DNA of 64,000 nucleotides from Octopus vulgaris (GCA_951406725.2 OX597825.1:35774001-35838000), one strand, 5' to 3'; positions 12,039 through 26,240 are shown, counted from the stretch's first letter. Made by a program: numbers and translations. The notes: a model not told the origin generated them from the sequence alone.

Positions 12039-12851
12039 TAATACTAATTATTTTATAAAATCAAGAAATAAATTAGCTATATCTATATATAGTAGGAAGA
12101 GCTAGCAAGAAGAGGTATGAGAATACATCACCTATATAATACGAAGAGAATCTGATCATATGAATAGTAAAGCCATGGTTAATATAGAATTTTTAAAAAT
12201 GCAAAAGGAGCCAGTGCATCCACCGTAAGCCAGGAAGAGCTATCTGCCATTGTTAGGGCAAAGTTAGTTTGTGAGTCGAAATTCATACAAAATAAAAATA
12301 AAGCCTTCAATTCAGCTACTGATCTTGTCAAAATGCCTGAAAATAAAAAATCTAAATCTGCAAATCCAATCATACAAAAGCTTTGTCAATTTACCCAAAG
12401 AAATAATCTAAATTCTGCTGCTCTTAATATTGAATTAGAGTTTAAAAGCAAACAAAAAACTTATTAAAACATCAGAAGTTCTTACAACTTTGGTAGTCGT
12501 AATGCTTTGCTTTCATTTTGTGATAGACAACTTATCATGCAGAAAATGCCAGCTTCTAAATCTTGTTTTCAGATTAGATGAAAACGATTAAACTTTAAAC
12601 CTCAATAACATTTTTCTGCAATAGGTATGTGTTGTGGCGGACGCCCCCAAGCGAGAGGTGGGATATTCCACTACTAATAAATAGTGGACTGTCACAATCA
12701 GTAGGGTCGGTCGGCAAAGGTATGCCGTTCGAAACAGTTCCGTAGAGATTACGAAATACGTCGTCATCATGGGACATATCAGTGGCGACGAGGATTCGGA
12801 CAATATCGCCACTGGGATATATCATTGTGCATGTATGTATGTACTGTGTAG

Positions 12852-12882
<31 letters not shown>

Positions 12883-15800
12883 TGTATGTATGTATGTATG
12901 TATGTATGTATGTGTGAGTGTCTGTGTGTGAGTGTTTATTTATGATGGGCAGCAGTAAAAAGTCCACTTGTCATCAATTGTTGTCAACTTAACCCCTCTC
13001 TCCTTAAAGCTACGTATTCGTCACACACACCTTTGTTTCCTTTCATGGACGTTTTAAAAGTTACTTATGTCTATGTGAATGTGTGTGGGGGGGATGTGTG
13101 TGTATTTACGAAAGTATTTCTGCACCGTCGCGTGTGTATCCCTGAAGTCGATTTCGAGAGTTATTCTCCACTTTTTAAACTCACATATTTGAAATCTCAA
13201 TTTTTTTCTCTCCTGAACCAAATTTCAAATTTTGTATCTCAAAATGTAGCTTAAGAGGTGACCAATCTAAAATTGTATAAACATCATCAAATTTGGTAAA
13301 AAACTGAATTAGTGACAAAGTTTAGAAGTAGTCGCGAGTGAGTAAATGTTGACCTTAAGAATATCATTCACACACGGAAGTGTGTGAATGATATTTATTA
13401 CAATATAGAGTATTCCATGGATTAGCGTGAAGTACCCGCTCCCTTCAACAGTTGATTCACTATCAAGTTTCCTCTTCTATCGCTACAATAGTGACTTTTG
13501 CAATTTATAGTTGGTTTGTCTCGTGCGCTTTAACTCAGGAACTCCCAAAATTCTCTCCTCTTCCCTTTACTCAGATCATGTCCATTGTAAGACCAAACCC
13601 TTCCTTCCCAGACCGTCAATCCGCTGGAATTCCCTTGTTTCCTAGATTTTTTTTTCTGCTGCCGTCGACTTATAACTAATTAAGAGAAACATTAATCACA
13701 TCGATTTTTTCAATCTCGGAGTGGGGGGCAGCGAAAACCTTGGGCACAGCCTTTTCTCTAAACCAAACGAATAAAAGAACAAAAACTCACATCCAGTTGG
13801 GCTTATAATCATATTTTTCATGTTTGATGTACACCAACTTAGTTTCTGATTGATTCTATTAAATAACATTCTGTAACGACGAGTTGTCGGGAAATATTTA
13901 TTAATTAAGCCTAAGGATGTTTAACTACATTGGCGCTGATGCTCAATGAGGTAGCGAGTTGAAGAGATTGATTTTCTTACGTCAGCATAAGAAACATACG
14001 CCAAGCAAAGTGTTAGAAAGTGTTGAAAGATATTAGTTTGCTTTGTAAAAGGTAACGCGTCACGCTGCAACTATTGGTTCAGGCTAGTATCATTTCACCT
14101 CGCTGCTTCTTGTATCTTCATTCTGAAACTACCTACTACCTCCTATCGAGGTACCTCTACCCAAAAGAACCACTTTTTACTCTCCTCTCATTATTTTTGT
14201 ATTTCATCCCTCAAATCCTTCACTAAACGCACTTTATCTAATCACTTCACTCCTCTTCAGAACTGCAGCCCTCGGGAATTACCTCCCCATGCGCATCGTG
14301 AAACCAAGTGACATTGTTATGCGGTTAAAACGTTCACTTCGCTTTTACGTAAATCCAGAGAAGTGATATTAGGTAGCATTCTTCAGCTTCGAACATTTTA
14401 TATTTATTGGTTTGATCAAAAGGAAGACATTGTTAAGTCTATGGCACTCCATGATCGATAAGATCGACGTGGTTATTGTTTCTAAACTGATGTTTAGTTC
14501 CAAATTTATACCGAATATCATTTAGAAATGAAGTTTTTATGTAGTGTAATTTAGATGAGTCAGGCAAGAAAATTGTGTGAAAAACCAGCAGAAAATCTCT
14601 ACAGAGTCACTGGCCTTGCTAGAAATAGAAACCAAATCTCCTTCAAATCATCCCTATCATTTTAGAAAAAGGAAGGGTGCATTGAATAAAAAAGTCGTAG
14701 ATATAATATGTTTGATATTGGTCCTGAATGCAATGCCTTTGATCATAAATCTGCTGGTTCACAGTTGACAATAACAACAATGAAAACAACAGACAGAAGA
14801 ACATATTGGATAACTTAGTTGAATATATAAAATATATAAAACAAGACCTTTATGATCACATTTGGATCGTCTTTGACCAAAACTGACCAAGGTTAAAAAT
14901 CTTAGTAATTATAAAAACCAAACATCATCAACGATAATAACATAATAACAATGCTTCTTAAGAACAGAAGCCATCTTGATAGTTTTCATTTTGGACAAAG
15001 TTCAAGACTAATATAAGCCTTGCATACAAAGCTCACAGAATTGAAGCCGAGATCAATATAAAGCAAAGAAGAGGCATCAACAACAACTGGAACAGTAACG
15101 CTAAAACGACAGCAAGCAGCTTTACAAGTTTCCTTGGTAGTTATTGATTTAAGGCTTATCAAATAGTAGACTAATCCATCAGGTTTGCGTTTTTGCTTTT
15201 GATGTTTTTTCAAAAACCTTCAGTTTTAACCACACATTTACACTTAATTTATTCTTGAAATCACAAGGAGCCTTACATAATACCGCTGCTCAAACATGGC
15301 TGTATCATCAGTGATAGAAAATAATGCAAAGCTAATGTTTTCATGGACAGAATGATAACCCATTGCCAGAAGTTATTTTCTCAGGAAAATCTACTACATA
15401 TCTCCCTTAGTTAGACAAGATGGGGTAATCTTTCCGTGAAAATAGCGAAAATCCAGTATTTCGGACTTGAACTCTACCCACAAGACAGTAGCTCAGTAAT
15501 TTACTGAAACATTTAGCTTCTAAAAAGAATACATAGAATACATTAAGACATCTGGTTGTAATTATGCTGCCTGCAGGATTGTTCTAACATCAAATTAAGT
15601 TAGTCCAGAATCACCAGCCATTCAATAATTCTTAAACTCTGTTATTTTTTTCTTGCACTATTTCAGACATCAAAATGTCTTCTCACTTGCAAATATTGAT
15701 TTCGTTTCAAACTTTCCAAAGTTCTACAAACTTTGCATTATTGTCAACGTAGGAAAATTTTCAAGTAATGGTTTTAAATTTTGACACAAGGCCAGCAATT

Positions 15801-16348
15801 TCGGGTGGGTGGAGTAAGTCGATTACATCGAACCCAGTGCTCAACTGGTACTTATATCGCCCCCGAAAAGATGAAAGACAAAGTAGACCTCGGTGGAATT
15901 TGAACTCAAAACGTGAAGACGGATGAAAAGCCGCTAATCATTTCGCCCGGCATGCTAGCGATTCTGCCTGCTCGCCGCTTTAGTTTTACAAGTAATGGAA
16001 AACTTGACATATATAATAAGTGGAGTGGCAAGCCACTTAGAATGTCTTATGGTCCTGCAAAGGTGTGCGAGTGGTAAAATATGCAATAACGAAATCAAAT
16101 TCCACTTCTTAACTTCGTTAGAATTCTTGTCTGTTAAAATCAAGACTAGCACGCACGATTTTGCACCTCTGATATGTCATAGATTCGTCAGTATTCTTCT
16201 CATTGTATGTGTGTATATGCGTGTAAGTATGTATATTCATATGTGTGTGTGTGTGTACATGTATGTATATCTATGTATACAGAGAGGGGGAGATAAATAG
16301 ATGGTTAGAGAGAGAGAGAGATACCGACACATACATGTACACACACTG

Positions 16349-16403
<55 letters not shown>

Positions 16404-17144
16404 TTTGTTCAACAAAACTTTTTTTAGTTCTACTCTGAAATGTTTTGCATGCAGGCGGCCAAGTTAATGGTAGGCTTCTTAAGTAGAATCCTAACTTGTT
16501 ATGTAGTCAATATTAAATAAAACTAAGGCGGCAAGCTGGCAGAATCGTTAGTACACCGGGCAAAATACTTATCAGCATTTCGACCGTTCTTTCGTTCTGA
16601 GTTCAAATTCCGCCGAGGTTAACGTTACTCTTCATCCTTTCGGCATCGATTAGATTTTAATACTGGGATCGATGTAATCGACTTAACTTAATCCATTTCC
16701 CGAAATTGCTGGCCTTGTGCCAAAATTTGAAACTTATATTAAATAAAACTAGTTCAGACTGGTATTTTTTTTATGTGCGCAATTTGAACTGAAAAGTAGA
16801 TAAAAGAGAAATAATACAAAGTGAATCCAGAATAACAGAATGACATAACCTGGTGACATTCTGACGATGCTGGAGACAAATTGTCCGGCAACAAACTGTC
16901 CTGGCACGTTTTTACTATTTGACTTACAACATTCATAAAAATGTATGGTGGATATTGCCAATTGCGTCGGTTTCTTGTAAACATTTCTATTAAAAAACAG
17001 CTATTCTGTCTGGTTGTTTTGTAATCTTGTGTTTGTGTTCTTTTTTGGAGAAATATATTTCAGTGAGATTTCTTCTATTCGTGTCCTGAGAGAGAAAATA
17101 AAGAAACTTATAACTTATACATATTTGTCTAAATTTTCTTCCAG

Positions 17145-17360
17145 ATTCTCCTTGCTTGACACAGAGCGGGATCATACCACATCCCAAGAAATGCCACTTG
17201 TACTACAACTGCAGTTTAAGCAGCGAATCAGCAATGTGGGGGTATTACGAAATGTTCACCGTAGAATGCAAATACCCACAACTCTTTGATTCTGTACAGC
17301 TGAGATGCCGTGAATTTCTCAACAACAATTGTAATGGCCGTTTCGAGCCTGTCGATCCTT
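17145..17360 (+). CDS. Gene 1 internal exon (phase 1-1, 216 nt): chitin-binding type-2-like domain
   Basis: ttttcttccag acceptor and gtaagt donor. Encodes SPCLTQSGIIPHPKKCHLYYNCS...ECKYPQLFD...C...CNGRFEPVDP(C), which joins in frame to (C)EYRRNQC of the next exon. Confidence 0.85.
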
Positions 17361-18765
17361 GTAAGTAGTTATTATTGTTGTCATATTTATAATTGTTGTT
17401 GTTGTTGTTCAGTCCTATGTCATCTTTGATTAAATTACTCTAAGGTAAGTAATCTACTGAATAACCATGGGCAATTTGTGCCGATGATGGCTATTGAACC
17501 AGAAACAAGTGACCACAACTTTTCTCTTGTCTACAGACAATAAACCTGCCTATTTCCTTGACATGTCAGTTTCAGTGAGGCCTTCAATCTTGATGTTATC
17601 TCCCTTTCTCAAGTGCAGCTGATCTTAACTACCATTTAGTAATTATAACACATCTTCTAAAGGCGGGGATAATTTTAATAAGTCAAGACTATGCCGTATA
17701 TTATTTAGCATACTTGTATCTAACTGTTTTATCCCATATTTCTATTTAGTCGATATGCCATACTTCTGTACAATTGAAAACCACACTGAGGTTAATTATA
17801 TGAAAATGTTGTACCCTTTTCACTGTCCCCTCTGTTTCAGTATAGCTTTTGTTGTTGATTAGCCTCAGTCATCCCTCATTCAACAGCTCTATGATCAACA
17901 GTATTCTAGCAATGACCATCCCATTTTTTTCCTATATCACCCATCTAATAGTACATTATGTACAATGTAATATTAATAAAAGTACAATGAAGTCATAAAT
18001 ATCACTTGAACGATTTGATATGATTTAACAGGAATTTAACTCTTATCCTTAGCAGTTTAAGTGGCTACGTAAAAGCTTCTTTGTTAGCTGTAGACCCATG
18101 ATGATGGCCTAAGCGGCGGCAGAGAATTTCACAATTACTGTTCCACGGTGCTTCTTTTTGGTACAATGTTTAGATTGAATTACATTGATTGCTGCTGTTT
18201 CTATTTTGATGTTTTAAATTAAGACCTTCTATCAAAATTCAATGCTGATTTATGTTCTAAACAGTAACTTAATAATTTCATGTACTTCACAAAAGTTCTT
18301 CATTGTTTCCTAAATTAATTGAAACAAAGTCGGTATACGTCTACAGAAATATGGTATAAAGAAAGGTGAAGAGTTAGACAAAATTCATTGCAACAGCTGT
18401 TCCTGCTATTAACGTTCTGAGTTCAAATCTCGCTGACGTCAACTTTGTCTTTCATTTTTTTTTCTAGTGTAGATAAAATGAATACTGTCGGTGCCAACAC
18501 TCAATGGGCTGGCATTGTACAGTAGAATAAATCTTACCCAACCATGTAGTTCCGATGCCGAGATGACTAGCTTACACTGCTTTTCACACTAACATTATCT
18601 ATTTGTAACACTCTTCCTATTTTCTCTCCCTCTCTCTCCTTTTCCCCATTCTTTCTATCTCTCTTGTTGAAGCAGACCTCAATAAATGAGATAAAGCAAA
18701 AGAAAAACAATCTGCTGTGATATATTAAAATAAACGAATGGTATTTGATGCTTTCCTTATTGTAT

Positions 18766-18993
18766 ATACCGGGTGATGGGTGCTGAAAAGAGCCTAACTT
18801 TGGATAAAAGAAAATACAGGAGAATCAGTTATGATTTTATACTACATATTCCCCTCCCAGCCTCAGATTTACGAACTTATTGTAACGGTTCTTCGTTTTT
18901 TCTAAGCCCTGTAAAAGAACTCGGAATGTTAGGCCTCCAACCAGGCCTTTTGCAATATTCTTAAAGCCAGGAACTTTTCAGTATCTTCTCGTA
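18766..18993. mobile_element. Mariner-derived MITE; oppositely oriented copy at 49672-49893
   Basis: TIR-like ends GGGTGCTGAAAAG...CCAGGAACTTTTCAG...CTCGTA with TA flanks; internal sequence shared between the two copies. Confidence 0.7.
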
Positions 18994-19007
18994 TATATAT
19001 ATATGTA

Positions 19008-19089
<82 letters not shown>

Positions 19090-19268
19090 CACACGCATGC
19101 ATACCCAGACGCACACATTTATGTGTGGAGGGCATGTACAAAACTCGTAGTGTTTCTTTCGTTTTAGATTTATCTGAGTAGGTATTGAGTTCCTCGTCTT
19201 GTATTATGGTTCAGCCAGTTTCTTTAAATATGTATTTACCAATATACGTGTATGTAGATGTGTGTGTG

Positions 19269-19355
<87 letters not shown>

Positions 19356-20015
19356 ATTTACATATATGATGACTGCAGCTCCATTTCCAGCAATACTATC
19401 GCTTAACTGTTTCCTTAAAGAATGAGCATTGTAAATGTGGCTTTCGGTCCAGCAAAGAACCTGCAAGTTTTCGCACAGGTGTATCAATGATGAGTGCCTT
19501 TTGCAGCAGGTGTTCAAAGAGCTTATCACCCACGCTGGCACATTCTTCCGTTCCATCATAGAATTTTTTAGAGTCTTATCTTTCTCGGCGACAGTAACTG
19601 AAGAATAAGTACCAGACATTAAAAAAATATAAGTACTGGAGGTGCCCCATCATGGCCTCAGTCTAAAGACTGAAACATGTAAATGAAAAATCAAGAAGAT
19701 ACATCAGCAAAAGATACGTGTAGATGTGGCTATGTGGTAAGAAGTTTGCTTCCAAACCTCATGGTTCCGGGTTCAGTCCCATTGTGAGATGCTTTGGGTG
19801 AGTGTCTTCTAAAGTTTGAAAAACATAATAGAAATGTTAGAAATTAAGCGACACATGTGCCTGAAACTTTTTAAGGAGCGGATAATGTCTTGCATAGATC
19901 CAATCTCGCTATTGAAATAATGTATGCATTTCCCCAAAAATAAGGACAAGTCTTCATCATTGGAAGCAAACGAAATTACAAATGTTATTTCAGCGTTTTC
20001 CTTCTTATAGAAAGA

Positions 20016-20528
20016 CTAGCAGTATCGCCCGGCGTTGCTCGGGTTTGTAAGGGAAATAACTATATAAGCATTTTTAGAGAGTTACTTCCCTTATAGATGC
20101 CAATTTGGGCTTTCTTAGCCATTTCTGTTTTGGTGTCTTCAAGCCATGAAGTCGTTGTTCTAAAAGAACGCTGGTCTCCTTGACAACGCTTTACGACGTT
20201 AATTTCCTTACACTCCCTTCCCCACAGCTTCACGAGGGAGGGAAGAAGGGGGAGAAGCAAACAGGTGCAGGTGTGACCATGGACGCCAACTCCGCCGCCA
20301 TCGACACACGAAAAATTATGCATTAAAATGGAATAAAAAATGATGTTAAATTATTTTTAAAATCGTAGACTCCTCGTAGACGCGCGCTAATACTCAGACG
20401 GGCTCGATATGAATCCCGACTATAAGATACCCGAATTTGGTTAAACTGCACCGCAAAATGTGGGAGTAGTTAGGAATCTAAATCGAAGGGGACAGACATT
20501 CACACAACTACAGTTTTATATATATAGA
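20016..20528 (-). mobile_element. Non-autonomous Helitron, copy 2 (inverted, near-identical to 10186-10697)
   Basis: Reverse complement of copy 1 over its full length, with scattered substitutions. Other Helitron ends at 46430-46519(+), 47925-48024(-) and 51281-51540(-). Confidence 0.85.
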
Positions 20529-21711
20529 TATCTAAGCGAAGACTAGGATTCTCTCACTCCCAGCTGGCCATTGATTCTACTGAATTCATACGTTCTTTAA
20601 CAGGCTTTGCCTTTCATCCTGCAGGGCGTCCAACGAAACCTACTCTTCTTACCAAGTTGGTTTGGTTTGGTTACATGTTACCAGTAGTGTTAAGAGTGAC
20701 CTAATATTTATTTATACATGTATACATATATGTATATACATTCTTACCTTGTATGTATATGTGTACAAACGTATGTGTGTGTGTGTGTGTGTGTGTGTCT
20801 TCTAAGTTGCCTAAGTTAAAAACTATTATAGAATTAAAATGTAAACAAGATTTTAAACACCTTAATTCACATAATTATATAAGGTTTACTCTTAAGCATT
20901 TAAGGTCCAAGCGTTAAATCAAAGTCGGCTGTAATACAAAACACTTGCCGAAGGTGCCGTGCAGTGGGACTGAACCCGAAACCACATTGTTACAAAGCGT
21001 GTGTGCATACATGCATTTGCGAAAAAATTACTGACGTCAATGTTACAGAAATTTAGAGCGTACATGCACGGTGGGTTAAGACCAAATGGTGTCAATTTAT
21101 CGTGCGATCTACAGACCATCTGCATTTTAGCGGGCTGTTTAACCTTAAACCCTAACCCTAAACCTTAACCCTAATCCTAAACCCTTATGTTAATCCTAAC
21201 CCAGATCAAATCATTTCACAAGACTACGGATACCGCAGTAGACTGCACACTAAAATAGCACAGACCAAATGATGTCCTTTGCACAGCTTAACAAAGACAT
21301 AATAAACGATGAATGTAAAACGATAGATGAAAAGTTTTGGTTTTCTTCCAGGTCTGATTCACCTTTGTTTTAAATATAACTTTACTTATTAATCATTAAA
21401 AAGCAGTATGCCACATTATCAAATTATTTGCTTATAACTCACAAAAGAAGGACAGAATGCAAATTTTCAACTGTATTGTTATTTTTTAAAACTATTGTAG
21501 TTTATCATTTGGACCATGGTATCCCACACTACCCCCACCACATACACACACGCTCATACAAACACACTCATACACACACAGACACTATTTTCCTATTGTT
21601 TAAGGATTTACTGATTTACTCAGGATTGAGTACAAGTGTTCCCTGCAATACAGGAGATTTATGTTGTGAGCAATAAAAAAAAAACTAATTTAACAAAGTG
21701 TCTTAGCAAAC

Positions 21712-22054
21712 CAGTGATTCCCAACCATTTTTTATCTATGAACCCCTTTGGTTATTATTTTATCCTGGAGAACACTCATAGCCATTTCATGTTTAAAATC
21801 TAGTTTTATAGATACTTCTTTCAAAATTCCTATTTTGTTCTTCACGCATCCACTTGCATAGGTTTGCACTCGTACTCTCTAAGAGAACATGTTTCAGTTA
21901 CCAGAAATATTTTGGACTATGTAGAACATTAGAGAAAGAAACCTAACAATTTCTTGCAATAAATATACCTAAAGGATGATTTTTCTTACTCTCCCTTAAC
22001 ATACTACTGTGGATCCCCAGTTCACTATCTTGCATACACAGTTAAGAACCACTG
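21712..22054. mobile_element. hAT (Charlie-like) MITE
   Basis: TIRs CAGTGATTCCCAAC / GTTAAGAACCACTG; degenerate 8-bp TSD TAGCAAAC / TAGTAGAC. Confidence 0.7.
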
Positions 22055-23014
22055 TAGTAGACGAATGAAAACTTTAGTGACAGTAAGTTTGTTGCTGAAA
22101 ACCCACTGAGGCGGTGTATTGAAAATGTACTTCGATCATATTCTCATATCTAGTGGTAAATTGCTGTTAATAGACCCTGAACCAGATCAAAAGACAATAC
22201 AAGAATAAAACTAGCTATCAGCAATTTTTCTGTCATCTGACTTTTCGATAACAAAATTTGTAATATCCTCAAGATTGATAGAAGAAATATTATCATGCAG
22301 TTATATGTTAATTAATGGGAATATTAAAGAAAAAATGTTTTCGAAAAACTTCGAACTAAGAAACTCTTCTGTCATTTGTGAAAAGGCAGAAAATAAAAGA
22401 GTTTGGTCATGTAACACGGCACCAAAACATTCTACCTACAACAAATATGATCATTCATGGTCAAACTCGAAGTTGAAGGTGTATTCAACGGTTACGAAAC
22501 GAGGGGTTGAGCAACATCAAGAAATAAACAGCGAGTATTTATCCCTTTTTGGTGGAAAAGCTTTAATTTGGCCGATGGCAAGGCTGGCATGTGCATCTAC
22601 GATGGTTGCAGATGAAGCATTCAATTTGTTAAATTAAATGATAAAACATAGTAGTGACACCTTGGATAAATGTCTTCTGCTACAGACTCGGATCGACCAA
22701 AGCCTTGTGAATGGGTTTGCGGAGACCGAAACTGAAAGAAGCCCGTCACACACACATACACACACACACATATACATACATACATACATACATACATACA
22801 TACATACATACATACATACATGCATACATACATGCATACATACATACATACATACATACATACATACATACATACATACATACATGCATACATACATACA
22901 TACTTACATACATACGTGCATACATACATACATACATACATACATACATACATACATACATACATACATACATACATAACAGAGAGGAGTAAATGAGGGT
23001 GATGTAAAAATGGA

Positions 23015-23594
23015 TATATATAACTTAAGATGAAATGAACGGGTAAGCGACGATTTATTCTCTGTTGTGAAATACAATGAATACCATACATGAAATAAAA
23101 TACCATAACAGGTTACAACAAGGATGTGTGAGAGAACTTCGTGGTTAGGCTGGAATGTTGATCTTGTACTGTTGGTAGTTTGTAGAGGCAGCCGTTCGTC
23201 GGTTGATCGTGTAGTGTTCATACAGCGACGATGTAGACAGGCGTCTGGTGGAGATGTAAACGGAGACTGACTGGTGTCAGATACATTGTTGCCGGACACG
23301 AGTTGCCTGTGGTCAATGGCGAATGCCAAAGACCAAGAACAGTCAAGAACTATCCTTCTTATAGAGACAAGAAAACTCCCAGAAGTTGGTGATAGTTTTA
23401 TTTTTCCGCCAAGAGAACACGTGGTCCATTTTAGCGCATCTGATTAATTGATTCCTAAAGACTAGCCAATCAGAACAATGGTTACAACCTGGTCTTTATA
23501 TTTAAGTGTTCTCTGCTACGTCCAAACAACTATAAATCCCAGGAAGAGAAAATAATTTGCTTGCTTTTATTTTGTCAATTCATTCTGCTATACA
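23015..23594 (-). mobile_element. Probable solo LTR
   Basis: Minus strand starts TGTATAGC and has a TATA-like and an AATAAA signal near its 3' end; lies between (TACA)n tracts; right terminus imperfect. Confidence 0.4.
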
Positions 23595-23642
23595 CACGTA
23601 CATACATACATACATACATACATACATACATACATACATACA

Positions 23643-23672
<30 letters not shown>

Positions 23673-23673
<1 letters not shown>

Positions 23674-24674
23674 GTAGAACGACCGTGCGAAGGATTGGTG
23701 ACGATGAATGAGCTCCTTTAATACACCACACCGTCGATTACAATAAATGCGAAAAGAATAAATGAGCATGAGTGCCAGAAGGAAAAGAAACGACACAACC
23801 GTAGAATGTTTAGGAGAAAGATTTTATTGATGGGTCAAGATGTGTGTCTGTGTGTGCGTTATATATGCATGATAATAATAAAAATAGACAGGCCGTAATG
23901 TATACAAAGTGTATGTGTGCAAACAAGGATGTATATGTGTGCGATAAGTACAGAGCATTGAAAGAATCTATAAAAGGATGCTAGAAGAATGTTCAGACAC
24001 AAAGAAGATAAATACCAGTTCGTAGTAAGGTACACATTAGTTGAAGTGTTATAACAAGAAGTTGAGGCAAAGTAGCAGAGCCTGTGCGGTACGTGTTGTA
24101 CGAAGAAATGGTGACTACAATGATGCTGCCGGGTTACTTGGTACAGAAGGTTCTCGCAGGTTGAGCTTGCTGTTAACCATGGTGAAGTATTTCACAAACA
24201 GTGAGGAGATAACCCGTGCGACGGTTGCTGTGTACGTAGAGAGATGTTGACGACGTTAAGACGGAGGCGACAGAGATGGAGGTCTTGATGCTGCTGGACG
24301 AAGTTGAGTCTCCATGTGAGCTGCTGGTGTTGTCTGTCGCTGTAACAGGCTGTGTGCTCTGTGGTCAGTAGTTAGACCTTAGAAGGTCTAGAACCAAACA
24401 CGAAATACGTGTTGAAATACGTGTTGAAACTAGCTTTTTTATACAATTCTATCGGCGCAACTGAGGTTTAGAAAAGACTGTCTCACGTAACCTTATCAGA
24501 GGGCTGCGATTGGTTGGGTTGCACATTGGCGCATAACAGAGCAAGAGACAAACTGCGCCAAAACCAACCAATCAGAGTAGTGGACACAACAGGGTCCAAG
24601 CGGCCGAAGGCTAGCTGTTATCTACTACGTCCATACTTATGTATATATAACAGAGAGAGAGAGAGTCCGCTACA
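23673..24674 (-). mobile_element. Solo LTR (~1 kb) inserted in (TACA)n
   Basis: TGTAG...CTACA inverted termini; minus-strand TATAAAAA (~24440) and AATAAA (~23825); flanks CATA/GATA are a possible 4-bp TSD. Confidence 0.6.
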
Positions 24675-25450
24675 GATACATACATACATACATACATACA
24701 TACATACATACATACATACATACATACATACATACATACATACATGTACCTGCTCAATTGATAAACTACCTGTACCCAATTGTCATTATGCAATTGTAAC
24801 ATCTTTGCTTTCAGTTGCAGTTCAGGTTGGAGTTTTAGGCTTTAAGTCAACCTTGAGCACTAACTGTGTACGGCTATTACTATGCATATATTATGTTTTC
24901 TATGTGTGTGTTTTTGTGTTTGTATTTGTACCCCCATCACCTCTTGACAACCGGTGTTGATTTGTTTAAGTACCCGTAACTATCGGTTCGGCAAAAGAGG
25001 TCAACAGAATCAGTACCAAGCTTAATCAAGAACTGCGGTCTATTTTCTCGACCAACCTCATCAAGGCAGTGCCCCATTATGACTGCAGTCCAAGACTGAA
25101 ACTAGTAGAAAATAAAATATCGAGAACTATTAACCACATAATCAAATCCTTTTTGAGTCAAACCAACATATCTCTGGAACTAACTTTCAACTTCGGTAAA
25201 TGTCTAACCACTGTTCTACTACAGTTAACCACGTTAACCTAAAATAGTTACATTTTTGTTTGTTCTAGTCATTAACTGCAACCATGCTGGAGCACCACCT
25301 TGAAAGATTTTAGCCGGTCATATGAATCTCAGAACATAATTTTTTTTCAAGTCCGGTCCTTATTTTAATGATCTCTATTTATCTCATTGCTAAGTTACGT
25401 GACATAAAGAAGATTTTTTTTCAAGCTGTGTCAATGTAAAGGCAGACCTA

Positions 25451-25505
<55 letters not shown>

Positions 25506-25808
25506 GTACACATGCACATGCATATATACAGATGCATACACATACATTTAATGTACAAACAAGCATATAAACAGAATACCATTTAAAAACCTACTAGAAA
25601 AATAATTTAAGATATAGTACTCAACAATATTCATTAGAGAAGAGATATTTGTTTACTCAGATAATATCACTTACAAGACTAGTGGTTTTTCTATTGTATT
25701 GATCATCAGAGTTGGTTATTTCGAAATTCAAAACTTAATGAACCACGGCTAGTTTTGTAAGCCTTATCATCTGAATAAATGTGTGTATGTGTTTGTGTTT
25801 GTTTGTGT

Positions 25809-25848
<40 letters not shown>

Positions 25849-26197
25849 ATGTGTGTGTGTATGTGTCTGTGTGTATGTGTGGCTCTCATCTACCTATTTC
25901 ATGCACAATACATCGATCAGTTCATGGCTATAGCAGGAGACATCTTTTCAAAACAAGTGACAATCAGTCCCTGATCTTGCAACGAACAGAGTAGCTGGTT
26001 GTCACTTATTTCTCTACATATTGTGAGTTGGAATGAACTACTGTTATCTCTAGCGGACAAGTATCCACTACAGTCAGGTCGCTAGAAGATGGCAGACGTT
26101 CGCTCTCCTGCTCACAATATATATCGGGTGCAGATTGCATCAATACCCAGCTAGAGGGTGGCGACAAACATTACTTTTATTTATGTATGTATGTGTG

Positions 26198-26233
<36 letters not shown>

Positions 26234-26240
26234 TCATTAT

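Noticed and set aside
12588-12825. GC-richer patch with two short minus-strand ORFs as a host exon
   Set aside because: No recognisable domain or consistent splice sites; more likely an LTR or other repeat fragment.
14950-15770. Possible coding remnant; likewise 48950-49660
   Set aside because: Only short broken frames with no motif I can name; left unannotated pending a homology search.
16930-17065. Hydrophobic stretch as the signal-peptide exon of gene 1
   Set aside because: The frame compatible with the gtgaga donor has an upstream stop (16978-16980) and no ATG.
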